This document shows positions 36,641 through 53,084 of a stretch of DNA of 64,000 nt, in pieces. This DNA comes from the human T2T-CHM13v2.0 reference genome, Homo sapiens. The stretch's first letter is position 1. Each line of letters starts with the position of its first letter. The position numbers and the translations under genes are program-made. The DNA lies in the NCBI RefSeq assembly GCF_009914755.1, contig NC_060925.1; one strand, written 5' to 3'. The notes below the pieces were generated by a model. The model saw only the letters and a list, made by a program, of their open reading frames with translations. It was not told the DNA's origin and did no database searches.

Positions 36641-37734
36641 TAGCATGAAGCAGAAGTGAAGGCATATAATTTCAGGGACTAGATCACAAAATGCACCACA
36701 GTTTCTTCCTCACTCTCTCTTGAATCTCTCAGTCTGAGTGGAAGTAGCTGACATATTGTGAGCAGCCCTATGGCAAGGCCCACATAATGAGGAACTGAGG
36801 CCTCCAGCCAACAGCCATGTACATGAACCCTTGTGGAGCAAATCCTCCAGCCACAGGCAAGCCTTGAGATGATGGCATTCCCAGCCAACATCTTGACTGC
36901 AGCCTAATGGAAGACCCTGAGCCAGAACCACCCAGCTAAGCCATTCTCACATTCCTGACCTTTAGAAACTTTACAAGAAGACGAATGATTGATGTTGTAA
37001 GCCGCTAACTTTTGAAGTGATTTGTTATGCTACAATAGTAACTAATACAGATGCATAAATGAATAGAAAATCTGTTGCACATTTATGTACCCGAAGAGTG
37101 TCAATATCCAAACATCTTTTTTTTCTTTTAAGTTCTCCAATTTATTCCTTTTTTGGTTGTGTCAGTAAACATACAACTCCATGGGTAATTTTGTGTTAGA
37201 GCTGTCAAAATAACAATAAAAATATAATGAAATATGATATGATCTGATTAAGATCAAGTAAGATGTGTGAGAAGTCTAGCAAACTGGAGGGAAAACGCTG
37301 AAAAGTCATACTGGCATGAGACAAAATTCTGTCTTGTCTTCTCCACACTCATGCATAAGCTGGGAGTCCTCTTTTCCTCCTCTTTATAGGGAATAAAGTT
37401 GCTTCCCCTGCTCCTTCCTTTTTGCTTAGAAAAAAAAAAAAGCAAGCTGTAGATTTTTAGCAGCAGCAACCTGCTCTAAAGTAAGCCATGTTATCTAGGA
37501 GAAACAGGAACATTTCAATCAGGGCTAAGATGATTTCTTTAAGGATAAAGAGCCCAATATATCTCAAATGGAATTTTCCAGGAAAGGAACATATTGTGAG
37601 TCTAGCTCCCAAGTTAGTCCGCTGGCTAATACACTGAGAAGCCAGGGTTACTGGTTGTATCTTTCCAAACCAGCATGGTTAGTTCGGTTGGTTTCAACAT
37701 GGCATAAATAAATCCAAACTTCTGAGTTTAGTAA

Positions 37735-38145
37735 TCACAGTATTAGAGGTGGCACTGACTGCTTCAACAACAAAATTAACCCCAAAATGTAGAATGGCTC
37801 TCAGCACAATAGAGGCTTATTTCTCATTAACATAAAGCCCAGAACACACATTCGTGATCAGTAGGAGGCGCTCATCTGAGCCAGGCACCCAGACCCTTCC
37901 ATCTTGCGACAGACATATGGCTTCCCATCTGCTGTCTTTGTCCACATGGACACAGAGAAGGCACACAAAGAATTGCAAGGTAGAGAGTCTGTGAGCCAGG
38001 CCGTGAAGTCGCAGGCATCATTTCTGCTCAGATTTTCTTGTCTAAGCCTCAGTCACTTGGGCTCCTGACCACAAAGATCACTGGTAAGCACAGGAAGAAG
38101 GGGAGACAGACGCTCGAACAGTTAGCCCGTCTCTGCCACAGTAAA
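37735..38145 (-). mobile_element. Old MLT1 (J/K/L-like) LTR relic
   Basis: Degenerate blocks ACAATAGAGGCTTATTTCTCA, CAGGCACCCAG..CCTTCCATCTTG, CATCATTTCTGCTCA. Confidence 0.55.
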
Positions 38146-38523
38146 TGGCACCACTTACTCCTGCACAGCCATAGATAACCTCCTCAGCCGTCTCCCCTCC
38201 AGAGCCCATTCCATTCTTACCTGCATCCCTAACCCAAGACAGATTGAACCCCCTTCCTCTCTGCTCCAGGGAACCTTGCACCCATCTTATCTCCAGCATA
38301 TTAATTATTGCTCAACTGCCGTCATTTATGGGCCTGTCATTCCCCTACTGTGTTAGCATCTGGAGAGCAGAGAGCATGTCTTTTCCTCTGTATATCATGG
38401 TGTCTGGCAAAGAGTAGACACTCATTTGACAGATTGAAGGGTGAATAAAGTGTTACTCAAAACAAGTCCAGGTAAAATAATATGGAGAATTGTGTGTTAA
38501 GACTACTTTTTGATAGAACACAA

Positions 38524-38806
38524 GGTTGAGACCAAAGGCTCATGCCTGTAATCCCAGCACTTTGGGAGGCCAAGGAGAGAGGATCACTTGAGCCTGGGAG
38601 TTCAAGACTGGCCTAGGCAACATAGTGAGACCCTGTTTCTACAAAAGAAAAAAGAATTAGCCAGGCATGGTGGCAAGTACCTATGGTACCAGCTACTTGG
38701 GAGACTGAGGTGAGAAGATCACTTGAGCCCAGGAGTTCGACGTTACAGTGAGTTATGATCATGCCACTGCACTCACCCTAGGTGACAGAGCAAGAGCTTG
38801 TTTCAA
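38524..38806 (+). mobile_element. AluJ element
   Basis: J-type positions; tail lost. Confidence 0.9.
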
Positions 38807-39036
38807 CACAATGTGAAAAGGAAATATAAGAAATAGCAGAGCCATGCCACATTCAAAAACAAAGGGCAGCTCCTGTGGTTCCATCTCCTATCTGTGAAGT
38901 GCCAAGACAAAAGCAAGAATTCTAGTATTTATGACAGTCTGCTCATGGGCCATGCAAACTCTCACTTCAACACTCATGTTTTTAGGGTATCTAAGATGTA
39001 CTGCCAGGGACCATAACAGGGTGAAAGTTGGACCTG

Positions 39037-39503
<467 letters not shown>

Positions 39504-39871
39504 TCAGATTTCTTGCCAGGGAACGAATGAGGTTGGATTAATTGGCCTTCCATATCTAGAATCCTAAGACTCCTTGAACTAGAGCTTGCCAACAAGCTTA
39601 GGAGGCCAGTAGCTCCCCATCACTGAAAGTATTTGAGCAAAGATGAGATGATCCTAATAACCATGACAGCCTCCTTTATTCTGTGCTTACTATGTTTCTG
39701 GAAGTGTGCTAAGCATTTCTTTTTTTGCATGCTTCCTCTTAAGAATACTGTGGAGTAGGTACCAATATCATCCACATTTTACAGGTAAGGAAACTGTTTA
39801 CAGAAGTTAAGTCACTTCCTGAAAGTCATTCTGCTGCCCAATGGTGGTGCCAGGATTTGAGCCCTGACTAG

Positions 39872-40252
<381 letters not shown>

Positions 40253-40301
40253 GGGACACTACTTACTTATGGAAACTATACATTAAGAAATTGAGTGACT
40301 G

Positions 40302-40662
<361 letters not shown>

Positions 40663-40856
40663 TTAGCATTTATAATTGCATGCTGGTCATCAGGCATGGC
40701 TCGTATGGGCCTAAGAATGTTTTCTGAGCTGGGAGGATGAAAGTAAATCAAAGTGTTCTGCCCAGCAACAGCATGTGGGACATCAAGGCTCAACTGAGCT
40801 GAGCAAATAGAAGACTTGAAATGGCTTTATTTCAGTGGGGGTTTGTTTAGTAGTAG

Positions 40857-41195
<339 letters not shown>

Positions 41196-41652
41196 TTGTT
41201 TAGTTTCAGTGAATAAAATTGCCTTTTGAGGGAGCTACAGAGGCAATATAGCAGCTTGGAATCCAGGAAGCTTCCTTGGTCTTGTGTTTCTAAGGGTCCC
41301 AGGCATATTATAAGCAACTGCTCCTGATGGAGGCGCTAGTGTATGAAGAGCTAGGTTCTGGAGCTAGACCGCCTGGACTTCTGTGTTGATCATGTGCTTT
41401 TGGGAACATGACCTATCCCATCAGTCCCTCACCCTCTTCATATGCAAAGTAGAAACAATGACAGCAGCTGCCTCGTTGGGGTTACTATGATGATATATGT
41501 CATGACTTAAAACACATAAGGTGCCGACAGCAGTGGCTGGTACGTAATGGGTACTTAACAGAGCCATTCCTTTCAGGGTCAATGGGGTGATGGCTATTTT
41601 ATTTTTTTCTTTTTTTTCAATTTGAGACCAAGGACTCAAGAAAAAAAATTCA

Positions 41653-41938
41653 GGCCAGACGTAGTGGCTCACGCCTCTAATCCCAGCACTTTGGAAGGCT
41701 GAGGTGGGTGGATCTCTGGAGGTCAGAAGTTCAAAACCAGCCTGGCCAACATGGAGAAACCCCATCTCTACTAAAAATACAAAAATTAGCCGGGCGTGGT
41801 GGCACATGCCTGTAATACCAGCTACTCGGGAAACTGAGGTGGCAGGATCACTTGAACTCAGGAGGCGGAGGTTGCAGTGACCTGGGATCATGCCTCTGTA
41901 CTCCTGCACTCCAGCCTGGGGGAAAGAACAAGACTCTG

Positions 41939-41980
<42 letters not shown>
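41653..41980 (+). mobile_element. AluS element with 39-nt pure poly-A tail
   Basis: Full Alu; A39 at 41942-41980. Confidence 0.94.
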
Positions 41981-41984
<4 letters not shown>

Positions 41985-42764
41985 CCTGAAGTCATAAAGT
42001 GAAAGAGTAGCAAAGGTGGGCAGGCAGGAACTACTCAGCAGTGTAGAATGGGCCCTAGAACCAAGGACTATTCCAGAGTCATCTGAACTCAGACTCACAG
42101 GCATCACCAACAGGCCAGTCCTGCCCCAGCTTAAGCCCTGATACTAGGGGGGCCAGGCTGGGTGGGGGCGGGTAGGCGGTGGCCCTTGCAAAACAGCCTC
42201 TATCCTGTGCAACAGTTTATAATTCAGCAGAGAGTGTTTTGTTTTTAAGAAATGTCCAACTGGATATATGGCATTCTGTTAAAACTGTTTTTATTACCTT
42301 ATGGAACTACAAGAAAGCCTAGGGATGTATTAATACGTATAGGGTTGACAGGCCCATAACTATAAAGTAATGGCAGGCATTATCCACATATATTCATGGA
42401 AGTGGGAGTCCAGGGGCAGACACAGAACATTCCCAGAGGGAGCTGACCCACTTTATTATTTTTATGTAGGTTCAGATATTATTTCTCAGGTACAGCATAA
42501 AATGATGCTTTATTCCATCAACTATAACCCAGGCACACAGAGTCATTCCATTTCCCGAAGGAATACAAGCAAATAAATCTTTAGGCAGCAAACAGAAATG
42601 CATTTTCTCTCCTCTCGCTGCCTTCTTTTGAGGAACAGAATTAGCAGGTTTGCCTAGAGTGCACTCTTCTCTCTTGAACCACATCCTCAATCCCCAAAGG
42701 GAACACAGTGAGATCTTCCCCAAAGGTAGTTCAAAGTTGGGGGCCCTTTCATTTGCCAGGATCT

Positions 42765-43055
42765 AACCCAGCTACTCAGGAGGCTGAAGCAGGAGGATCA
42801 CTTTAGGCCAGGATTTCGAGAGCAGCCTGGACAACATAGTGAGACCCTGTCTCTACAAAAAAATTTTAAAAATTAGCCGAATGTGGTGGGGCATGCCTGT
42901 AGTCCCAGCTACTCAGGAGGCTGAGGTGGGAGGATTGCTTGAGCCCGGGAGTTTGAGGTTATAGTGGGTAGTGATGGCATCCCTGCCCTCTATCCTGGAT
43001 GACAGACCAAGAGTCCAGCCCTAAAAAAAAAAATTTAATTAAAAAATTTTAAATC
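42765..43055 (+). mobile_element. AluJ element, 5'-truncated
   Basis: J-type dimer starting at CCCAGCTACTC. Confidence 0.88.
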
Positions 43056-43277
43056 TTTAAAAATTAAAAATCTTACATTTTTCTTTAAGATTTATAAGAG
43101 GACTCAGTAAGGGCTGGGCTGGCAATAATATCAAACTATTGAATTCTTTGAGAACTCACTGGAGATTATTATTTTGCATGACATAACTAAACATCTTAAT
43201 GGTTGACTTAATTACTTAGATGTCAGTCTGTGTGTTTTTGGTGTCGTAAGTACAAAGCTTAGAAATGTTACTTTTAG

Positions 43278-43595
<318 letters not shown>

Positions 43596-43988
43596 CTAGC
43601 TCATCTCTAAGTAATACTATTTAAGTAGGCAAAAGCCCCTGGAGGTAGCCCGAACTTTTTATACTCTTAGCTGAGGGGACAGAACAGAAATGATATGACA
43701 TTTACAGAAACCCCTATGTGGCCTGGCCTCATTGGAATTTTTTGTTAGTTAAATAAAGACCATTTGTTTCTATTGATTAAAAACAAAATTATTCGTATGA
43801 TGGGTTCAAGAAAACAAATTATTTCCCTAATGGACAGTGTAGGTCAGGACTAGAAGCAAATAAGGATCTTCTATCCCTCACACATCTCAACACTCAAGCA
43901 AAAACTCAAAGAAAACAATGATACTGACGGCCACGTCATGCACCGTGCTCACACAAGGATGCCAAGAGGCTTAATATGTGTTCCTTAC

Positions 43989-44112
43989 CTGGACCCTTTT
44001 CACTGGATCAGAAACACGGATGTCTTAGTCTGATAGGCATCCTCTGCTAATGCATTTTAAATGATTGAATCAATAATTTGATGGGCCACTTTTTATAAGA
44101 TGCTACGATACC
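43989..44112 (-). other. Candidate 124-nt non-coding exon
   Basis: Minus-strand acceptor GTGCTTCATAG| and donor CAG|GTAAGG; non-repeat DNA; no transcript evidence available to me. Confidence 0.4.
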
Positions 44113-44863
44113 CTATGAAGCACTATTAAAATATTCATTTTTCTGCACTCCAGATGCGGCCCAATTGTTCATAACCAATATTGGTTCTCTGGCAAAAGGA
44201 GCAAAGGCAGCCCTCTAAGATATTCCTCACTGATATTCCATTTTTCAGTGGCTTGGGAGACATGAGTAGGAAGCAATTCTGGGTCCCTGCACCCACGATC
44301 TTGGTGCCATCAAAGTGCTGCTGCTGGCAGGTTCCTGGGCACCATCTGAGACCAACCCCACTGTGAGGTTGAAGGAGGCTGATCAGAACAGTGGTCCTCC
44401 ACCTCCTCCCTGACTTCCCAAGTCATCTTCTATTTATGTGGAATTATTCCCATAACTGGGGCCAGATGATCCCACCCTGGGAAGACTGGGGAAATTCCCA
44501 GAATGCTGACCTGAAAGTCCAATTTTCCCAATGTTTCTACTGTTCCCATGTCACAAGTCTTTGGGCAAAATCTCCCAGGCTTGAGAGATTTCAATCCAGC
44601 CTGGATCACCTCTCCACTTCCTCCATCCCAGAGTGAAATTAAAAATCCCATCTGCTGTCAATGAGGAGTCCCTTCAGGCCCTAAAGTTTAGGAAGAGGAA
44701 TCCCTATCTTGTCTTCTTCACTGTCATCCCGGCACATCAGTTACTTAAAACAACCCAATTTCAAGAGCTGATAGACCTTCATTTCTGGACACACCAAAAA
44801 CAAGCAAATTCCAGAGGATCAGCTTCAGGGTGGCAGAATGGAAGGAGTAAAAGCCAACCACGG

Positions 44864-45193
<330 letters not shown>

Positions 45194-45770
45194 TCACTTC
45201 ACCATTAGCTCAGCCAGGACTGGCAAGGGAGTGCCGACTGGAGAATCTTATCCTCTGTTCCTTAGCTGTTTAGATGTATAAAGCCTGAGGGCTTTGCACC
45301 TAATTAGGGTTTCAGAACTTTGTTTTTCTCTCAACTAATTACATTTGCCCTGTGGGGAAGAGCCTCTGTCCAGGAGGCATTGCTCTCTGAAAATCTGTCT
45401 CAGCCCAACAACAGGTGCGAGAAGGTGAACAGCTCCTCTCCCCACCAATGCGGTGAGATGCCGAGCCAGGCCCTGGCTTCTTCTTGCTCCTCTCCTTTCA
45501 TTATCTCTAACTCCAGTGTCAGCCCTCAAGCAGTCCCCTGCTTTGTCACCCCTGGCAAGGTGGGGAATGTTCTCTTAACCTGCAGCTTTCTCCTTCGGGA
45601 ACAAAGCGCAGCCTCTTAGCAGCTAGCAATCAACTCCTGTGCTCGGGGCCTTCCAGCCAGACCTTCTGCAGTGCACCCTGGTAGGGGGTAAATTATCCTG
45701 AGCTTGGAAAATGTGACTGAAATCACCTCCGACAGAGGGAAATGGGTTTTCATAAAAGACGTTTCCTCAC

Positions 45771-45929
45771 CTTCGGTTGCAACTCAATTCAACTGACCAT
45801 TTCCCACCCTGGATCTCAAAAGAAATTTCTGCTTTGCTTCTGGGTATGAGCCTGGGTGATCATGAAAGGTACTTAGGAAGCCAGGCCTATTGAAGCAGCG
45901 TAGCCCTCAGAGGGGCATGGCTGACTTGA
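45771..45929 (-). other. Candidate 159-nt non-coding exon
   Basis: Minus-strand acceptor CCCTGTCCTACTCTTAG| and donor AAG|GTGAGG; no transcript evidence available to me. Confidence 0.3.
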
Positions 45930-46172
45930 CTAAGAGTAGGACAGGGTGTGGGGTTGAGGAATCCATGCGGACTCAGGGCATCCTGTCGCAGACACAGGAG
46001 CTGACCCAGCCACAGGGTCACAGGACAGCCTGTGTCACCACAGTCTCTGTGCAGAGTCCAGAGTTCACAAATGAGATAAATGGACATTTGCTGACTGGGG
46101 TAACTCAGCATCTATTCACCCTATTTCTGGGAAAAGCCTCAATTTACATGTGGGAATGGACCACCCCCTTAT

Positions 46173-46829
46173 TGTTATAGAAGTTATTAAGAAATTATTT
46201 TAGGCAGATAGAGAGGAAAAGAGGTCCTTGGGAAGTTTTTGTTTCTTTTAAAGCAGATCCAGAAACCTTTCTCGTCTAACAGGAGAGCGCCAGCTCTAAG
46301 AGCCACTGGCAAGCTTTGATATGCAAATGCAGGCCACTGGAAACTGAGTCCACCCAAACATGGAGATTCCAGGTTTCTTCCTTGCCCCAACAGGTAGCTG
46401 GCAACATGGCCACCCCCACATATCCCCACGTGTGTAGAACATCATGGCGCCCTGCATTTGCATCTTAAAAGGCTAGAGTGTGAGGGCCAGCTTTTTCGCA
46501 GGCTATGTGAATGACATGCCTGGTCAAACCAATCCTCTGAGCCCTATGCAAGCCAGCACCGTCTCCTCCAGCCTCCTCATATAACTAGCTGATTACACCA
46601 CACACACGCCCTCCCCCCACATCCCTTCTCCCCACCGGGGTTTTCTCTCTGTTCAAATCCCCTCTCCCTCTGTCTCTGTACTGGGGAGCTGTTTTCTTCT
46701 TCCTTCCTTCTTTCTTGTATATTAAACTTTTCGCTCCTTAAAACCACTCCAGGTGTGTCCGTGTCATTTTATCCAAACGTGTGCTAGACCAAGAACCCTG
46801 GTGTTCCTCCAGTCATCTGAGCCATATCA
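46173..46829 (+). mobile_element. ERV1 solo LTR (LTR9 family)
   Basis: TG...CA termini; perfect TSD TTAT at 46169-46172 and 46830-46833; CCAAT ~46529, TATA-like CATATAA ~46578, ATTAAA 46721. Confidence 0.85.
46314..46328 (+). promoter_or_regulatory. SOX-OCT composite motif within the LTR
   Basis: CTTTGATATGCAAAT versus canonical C(A/T)TTGTTATGCAAAT; a second octamer ATTTGCAT lies at 46456-46463. Confidence 0.6.
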
Positions 46830-47112
46830 TTATCTCATTCTGTTTTTGATGGCACTAACCACAAGCATACCCTGCTCCATCAGAACACTCATCCTCCTGA
46901 GCTCTGTGAATGGCTCAGGATGCACAAGTGAGAGAAAAATGTAGCCAAGTGAGGAGGCGGAGAGAAACTGCCTCCTGGTAACACAGTGTGCGCCCCTGGA
47001 TCAAGCCATGCCTGAAGGCAGTTTATTCTGAAATTTACAATAAGTGCTCTTTTTGTTTAAATCATTTTGGATTGGGTTTTTGTTCACTTGTAAGCAAAAG
47101 CACACTATGATA
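46830..47112 (+). mobile_element. MLT1I/J-like LTR 3' part (host of the LTR9 insertion)
   Basis: CCCCTGGATCAAGCCATGCCTGAAG and TTGGATTGGGTTTTTGTTCACTTGTAA blocks. Confidence 0.65.
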
Positions 47113-48112
47113 AAAGGGGATACAAGACAAATATCACAAATCCAGAAATGGGAAGGGCCCAACCCCAGAGCCCAGGCCAGTCAGGGAAGTGAAGAAACAG
47201 ACAGCATCTGAGATGCCTATGCCCAGTATCCAGGGGCTAGGTCCATGGTCTTTGAGCCTTAAGATGCAGGAGATCCCTGTGGGGAACTTCACAACAGCAT
47301 AGATTCCCACTCATTCTCACAGCCAATTCTCATCCTTAAGTCTGGAAGGGGAACCAGAGGTTTGGTTTTTAACCAATATCCAGGCAATTTGGAAGCAGAT
47401 AACACAGAGAATACTTTGAGAAACACTTCCCTACACTCTGAGCTGGGAGTTAAAGGACAGGGTTCCAGTCTCTGCAGTGAGGCAGTGGCAAGAGCTCCGT
47501 GGGCGGGAAGAATATTAGGCCAGAGCTTAGAACAGGACTGCAGAAGCAAGCATGGAATGGAAGCACATCTGGTGATCTGTGACATACAACGAGCCTGCAG
47601 ATCACAGGCAATGATTTTTGGAAACTCATCACACAGTAGTTTGAAGCAGCAGGAACGATTTGATCCAAAGTGCCATGTGAACACTTCCGAGTCTACAAAT
47701 GCTTTCATAGGTCAACCTAAGCTGTTCCTCCCAACCAACCTGTCTGGCAATTAGAAATCAGGAAATTAAAACTCAGAGTGTCTAAATAGCATGCACAAAG
47801 CCACACAGCTCACTGGTTCAGTAGCCTAGACCTGGGTCCCAGTCTGTCTGACACCAAACCCCACACTTTTCAAATAATTCTCCCTTCCACCAGGGGAAGG
47901 GCTGGGTCTCAGGAAAGGTCTAAGGGACACACAGTGCGGGGATCAGTGAGACCCTGCTCAGCAGGCCCAGATGAGGGAAGGGGGTGCTCCACCTGACTGC
48001 GCAGGAAGGCAAGGCCATTTTAACTTTGCAGCATCTTCAACTCATCTGGCTCAAGAAATCCCAGCCCAGCTTGGGGATGGAGAGTGGAGGAAGACAGGGG
48101 CACCCTTGCAAG

Positions 48113-49184
<1,072 letters not shown>

Positions 49185-50734
49185 GGAGCAATGGAAATGA
49201 TTTTCTTTGATCACAGTGTCAGCTCCTGACATTGGGTTGCGCCCATCTGTGCTGTGGACTCTTCCCTCGGAATGAGAGAGGGAGATGGCTCCCAGTGTGG
49301 TTGGAAGTCACCCCGCCCCACAACAACACAGTGCAACAGGCCCCGGCTTCACGCCCATTCAGTTCAGGACAAGCTTTTTGGAGTATCTACTCTGGGCCAG
49401 GCCCGCAGGATACCAACATGAAATAGAGACAGTTCCTGCCTTTGAAGGGTGGTGATTTACCGGTGGGGAGAAAGGAAGAAGCCCATGAAAAGTCGTGTCT
49501 GTAGAAGGTAAGAAGGGGCACAACCGCCATGGCAGGGGAGTCACAAAGGAGAAGCATTCAGCCTGCCGAGAGGTCCCAGGACTTCCCTGGAGGATCAGTC
49601 CCCAAACTGACTGTGACAGGGAGCAATACCCAGATAACAGCAGAGGCCCAGAATAAGAAAGAGTCTGTGAGTGGGCAGAATTCCCTCCAGGGTCATGAGG
49701 GGAGCTGACTTCTGATTAGGGCATTTCATCCTTCTCTGAAATGCAGCTGAGAACCGGTCAGCCTCACTCCCTTGCTGAGACCAATAGCAACCCCTGATGA
49801 TCTCGCCACAGGTCCAGCAGGTGCCCCATCCACACTTTGTCCCCAGCCCCTACCTGGAAGCTCCAAACACCTACCTGAGGGGCCAACTCTGATTCCCAAG
49901 GAGGTGACACCTCCTGCCCCTTGTTGATAGAACATTGATAAGGAAATAGGACTGAGTTTTAAGCTTCTTTCCATGTCAAATATTTAAAGGCAATATAATG
50001 TTCATGTTTAAATAATATTTCATGTGTAATTAAACAATCCCTTATTGTTAAATAGATGGGTTCCAATTTTGAACTGCTATAATCTGTGTATGTGTCCTTG
50101 ATTAAATCCTTAAGAGAAATCCCTAGAAACATTATCTTAGGGTCAAATGGCTTGGATATTCTGCAAACTGCTGATAATTATGGGAAATTGCCTTCCAGGA
50201 AGGTTATAACAATTTGCCTGATCCCCAGCAGCAACAGACTTTACAAAGTACTCAGTATCTAATATTTAACTTTGATAAAGATAAGCTTCTCCCTTCTTTT
50301 TCACTTAAAATGCTGTGTCCCACCTCACTTTTCAGTGTCTCTTCACACTGACAAGACGGTTGGCTAATACTTCAGAGCTTGCAGAGCATCTTTATACACT
50401 TTTAATCCTCCTAACAACCGTGAGAGATGGAGCTTACTATTATCATCCGTGTTTGCAAATGAGGCCCTGAGAAGTTGAGTGATTTCTGTAAGGTCTCAGA
50501 GCCAATAGACACTGGTAATGAAATAAAATGCAAGGCCCCTTATCTTTGGAGCCCAGTGTTCCTTCCACATAGGTGGTTCTCTACCCAGGCTGCCCAGGAG
50601 AATGTGGAATCTCCAGCAGTTCTGACTTAACTGGCCTGGTGTGGATGTCTGTGATGGGTGAACATTCCCAGATCCTTTTAAGAACCTGATAGAAGTGGTG
50701 GACCCACTTCCCAGAAAAAGGGACGCACAACAAA

Positions 50735-51200
50735 ATAATTGTCCTGAGTGGGTCTCACAGAATCAAGTGAACCCTTTAAATCTGGATCTAGAGGTCAGAG
50801 ACTGAGAATGTCAGAGATGCAAAAGAGATTCAGTGCAAGAGAAATCCTCCTACTGGTTTTGAAGATAGATGTTGGCACCCTGTGTCAACAACCTGAGAGT
50901 GGCCTTGAGTTGCTGGGAGCACCCCAGACTGACAAACAGCAAGAAGAATATGGGGACCTCAGTCCTACAACCACAGGAACTGAATTCTACTGACAACCAG
51001 TGAGCTTGCAAAGAGGACTTGGAGCCCCAGATGAGAAACAACCCTGGCTACCCCGATCTCAACCCTGTGAGATCCTAAACAGACAATCCAGCCATGCAAC
51101 ACCCAAACTTCTGACCTATAGAAACCCTGAGATAATAAATGGGCATTGCTCTAAATCACCAAGTTTGTGGTAATTTGTTATACAGTCATAGGAAGTGAAT
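50735..51200 (+). mobile_element. MLT1E-like LTR
   Basis: GGGGACCTCAGTCCTACAACCACAGGAACTGAATTCT and AAGTTTGTGGTAATTTGTTATACAG. Confidence 0.8.
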
Positions 51201-51342
51201 CGACCTGATGTATCTGAGCACCTGCTAGGTTATCATTAAGATTACTCTTCAAAGGTAAAAATTATTTTTCAAAATGTTTCTGCCCTACCTTCCGTGAGCA
51301 TCTGGTGATGGATGGACACACACACGTAAAGGTAGACTGTGT

Positions 51343-51510
51343 TTAGGTGGGCATGCTGGTGCATGCCTGTGGTCCCAGCTACTCAGGAGGCTGAAACAGG
51401 AGGATCACTAGGGCCCAGGAGTTCAAGGCTGCAGTGAAGCTGTGATTGAGCCATTGCACTCAAACTTGGGCAACAGAGCAAGACATCAGCTCTAAAAAAA
51501 AAAAAAAAAA
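51343..51510 (+). mobile_element. FRAM / AluJ right monomer
   Basis: Single right monomer with poly-A. Confidence 0.88.
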
Positions 51511-53084
51511 CTGCTGAATGTTATAAATAAGATTGGAACTTGCTCTGCTTTTACAAGACCACTGTTAGATGACCACTGACAAGAAGACTGTGAGCTGGTC
51601 TCTGTAGGAAGCAGGGGCCTGGGCAGCTCTGGGGGCAGAGGAGACAGGCCTGGGGCAGAGACACCTCAGGGCATTTTCAGAAGACAGCCAAAGCAGCCAT
51701 TCCAGCTTGCCCAGGTAGATGGCAAGTCAATGGGAAATGATTCCAGGAAGGTAGGGAAAGATGGAATTCTGGAGAGCATTGGACCTCAGATTGGGAGTCT
51801 GAACATCTTTCCATATGCATCAGGAAGTCATGGAAAATTCACAGACTGGAGTGACTTTGGCAAAGGTGGGATTTAGGGAGACTGATCAAGGCACGGGATA
51901 GACCCATGGATGAATGGCCTTCTGGTCAGTTTGTGCCTGTGGTTTTCTATGCTGAGAAGGTGGGAATGTGCTGGGTGAGTCAGCTGTGGATTTGTGTCCC
52001 TGCCTCCCCTCACTCCCCACTGTCGTGGATTTGTCGGCTCATCTGTAGTGCACTCCCTGAAGAAACACTCAGTTCACTCAGCTTGTTTCTAACCCAAAAC
52101 ACTCTGCAGGGCCCATCCTCTCGTCTTTGCCTGGGGATGCCAGACCACACACTGCGGATGCCTTCCGCCTTAGCACTAGTGGGCTAAATGATGACTGCCT
52201 TGCTGTCCCAACACCACCCATCAAAGGGAAGACATCACCACTGGGGTCAGTACAGCCCAAGTGACAAACTCTATTCCCTCCTCTCTCTCCATCCCACGGA
52301 CCCTTGATTTGCTAAGTGGGAAGACACTTTCTCGTGGTTCAACATCACTTAATCGGCACAATTGCTTCTGCAGGCTAACTCAGCCAGAAACCCTGGATAT
52401 CTGGGCAGAAGCGCATGGAACTTTTAAAAGGATTACTACTGCTTTTAATATTCCCTCTGTCTTGAGTCAGACCACCACCAAGGGCAGATCAGAGTTAATA
52501 TTATATATCAAAGTCCTGCCATCAGCCTGTAGGATTTATTACTAGCATCTGTCCACTTCAGAGATATGAGAACCAATGGAATTGGATCTAAGGTTTTGAG
52601 TTGGCTCTTGTGCATGGAAATTTGATGCAAACACTCTAATTTATTGGCCCTAAAGGGCTTTGGCAAGTCATTTTGGCAAGTCACCCACTGAACACAGAGT
52701 GAAATTTGCAGAGGTTTCCCCTCTGCTCGAACAGTGGTGTTCTCAGCACGTACAGGGAAGTTCTGCCCCCTTCCAGCCAGGTGAGCTAGGGGATTTTGCC
52801 TACCCTTTCTGAACCTCAGTTTTCTCATCCATCAGATGGGAATAAAAACATGGTCCTGGATACATGTCTCATGCTAGGCACTGAGGCAGGGTACTCTCTC
52901 CCCTGAATGCCTTGCTATTGACGCATCACCAGTAAGGCATGCATTCATTGCACAGAAACTTAGGCATATGCCTACCAACATGCCCGATGTTGTGTGAGGC
53001 CTGACCCCTGTGAGGATGCACTTCCATCTGTGTGAATGGATTCATGAGACCAGCCCTCACTCTCAGGGCTGAGGGCATTGGTTC

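Noticed and set aside
47289-47754. Overlapping 139-aa and 130-aa ORFs on opposite strands
   Set aside because: No recognisable homology or exon structure; consistent with chance ORFs in 64 kb.
52659-52683. 12-bp tandem duplication TTTGGCAAGTCA
   Set aside because: Simple slippage duplication with no further structure.
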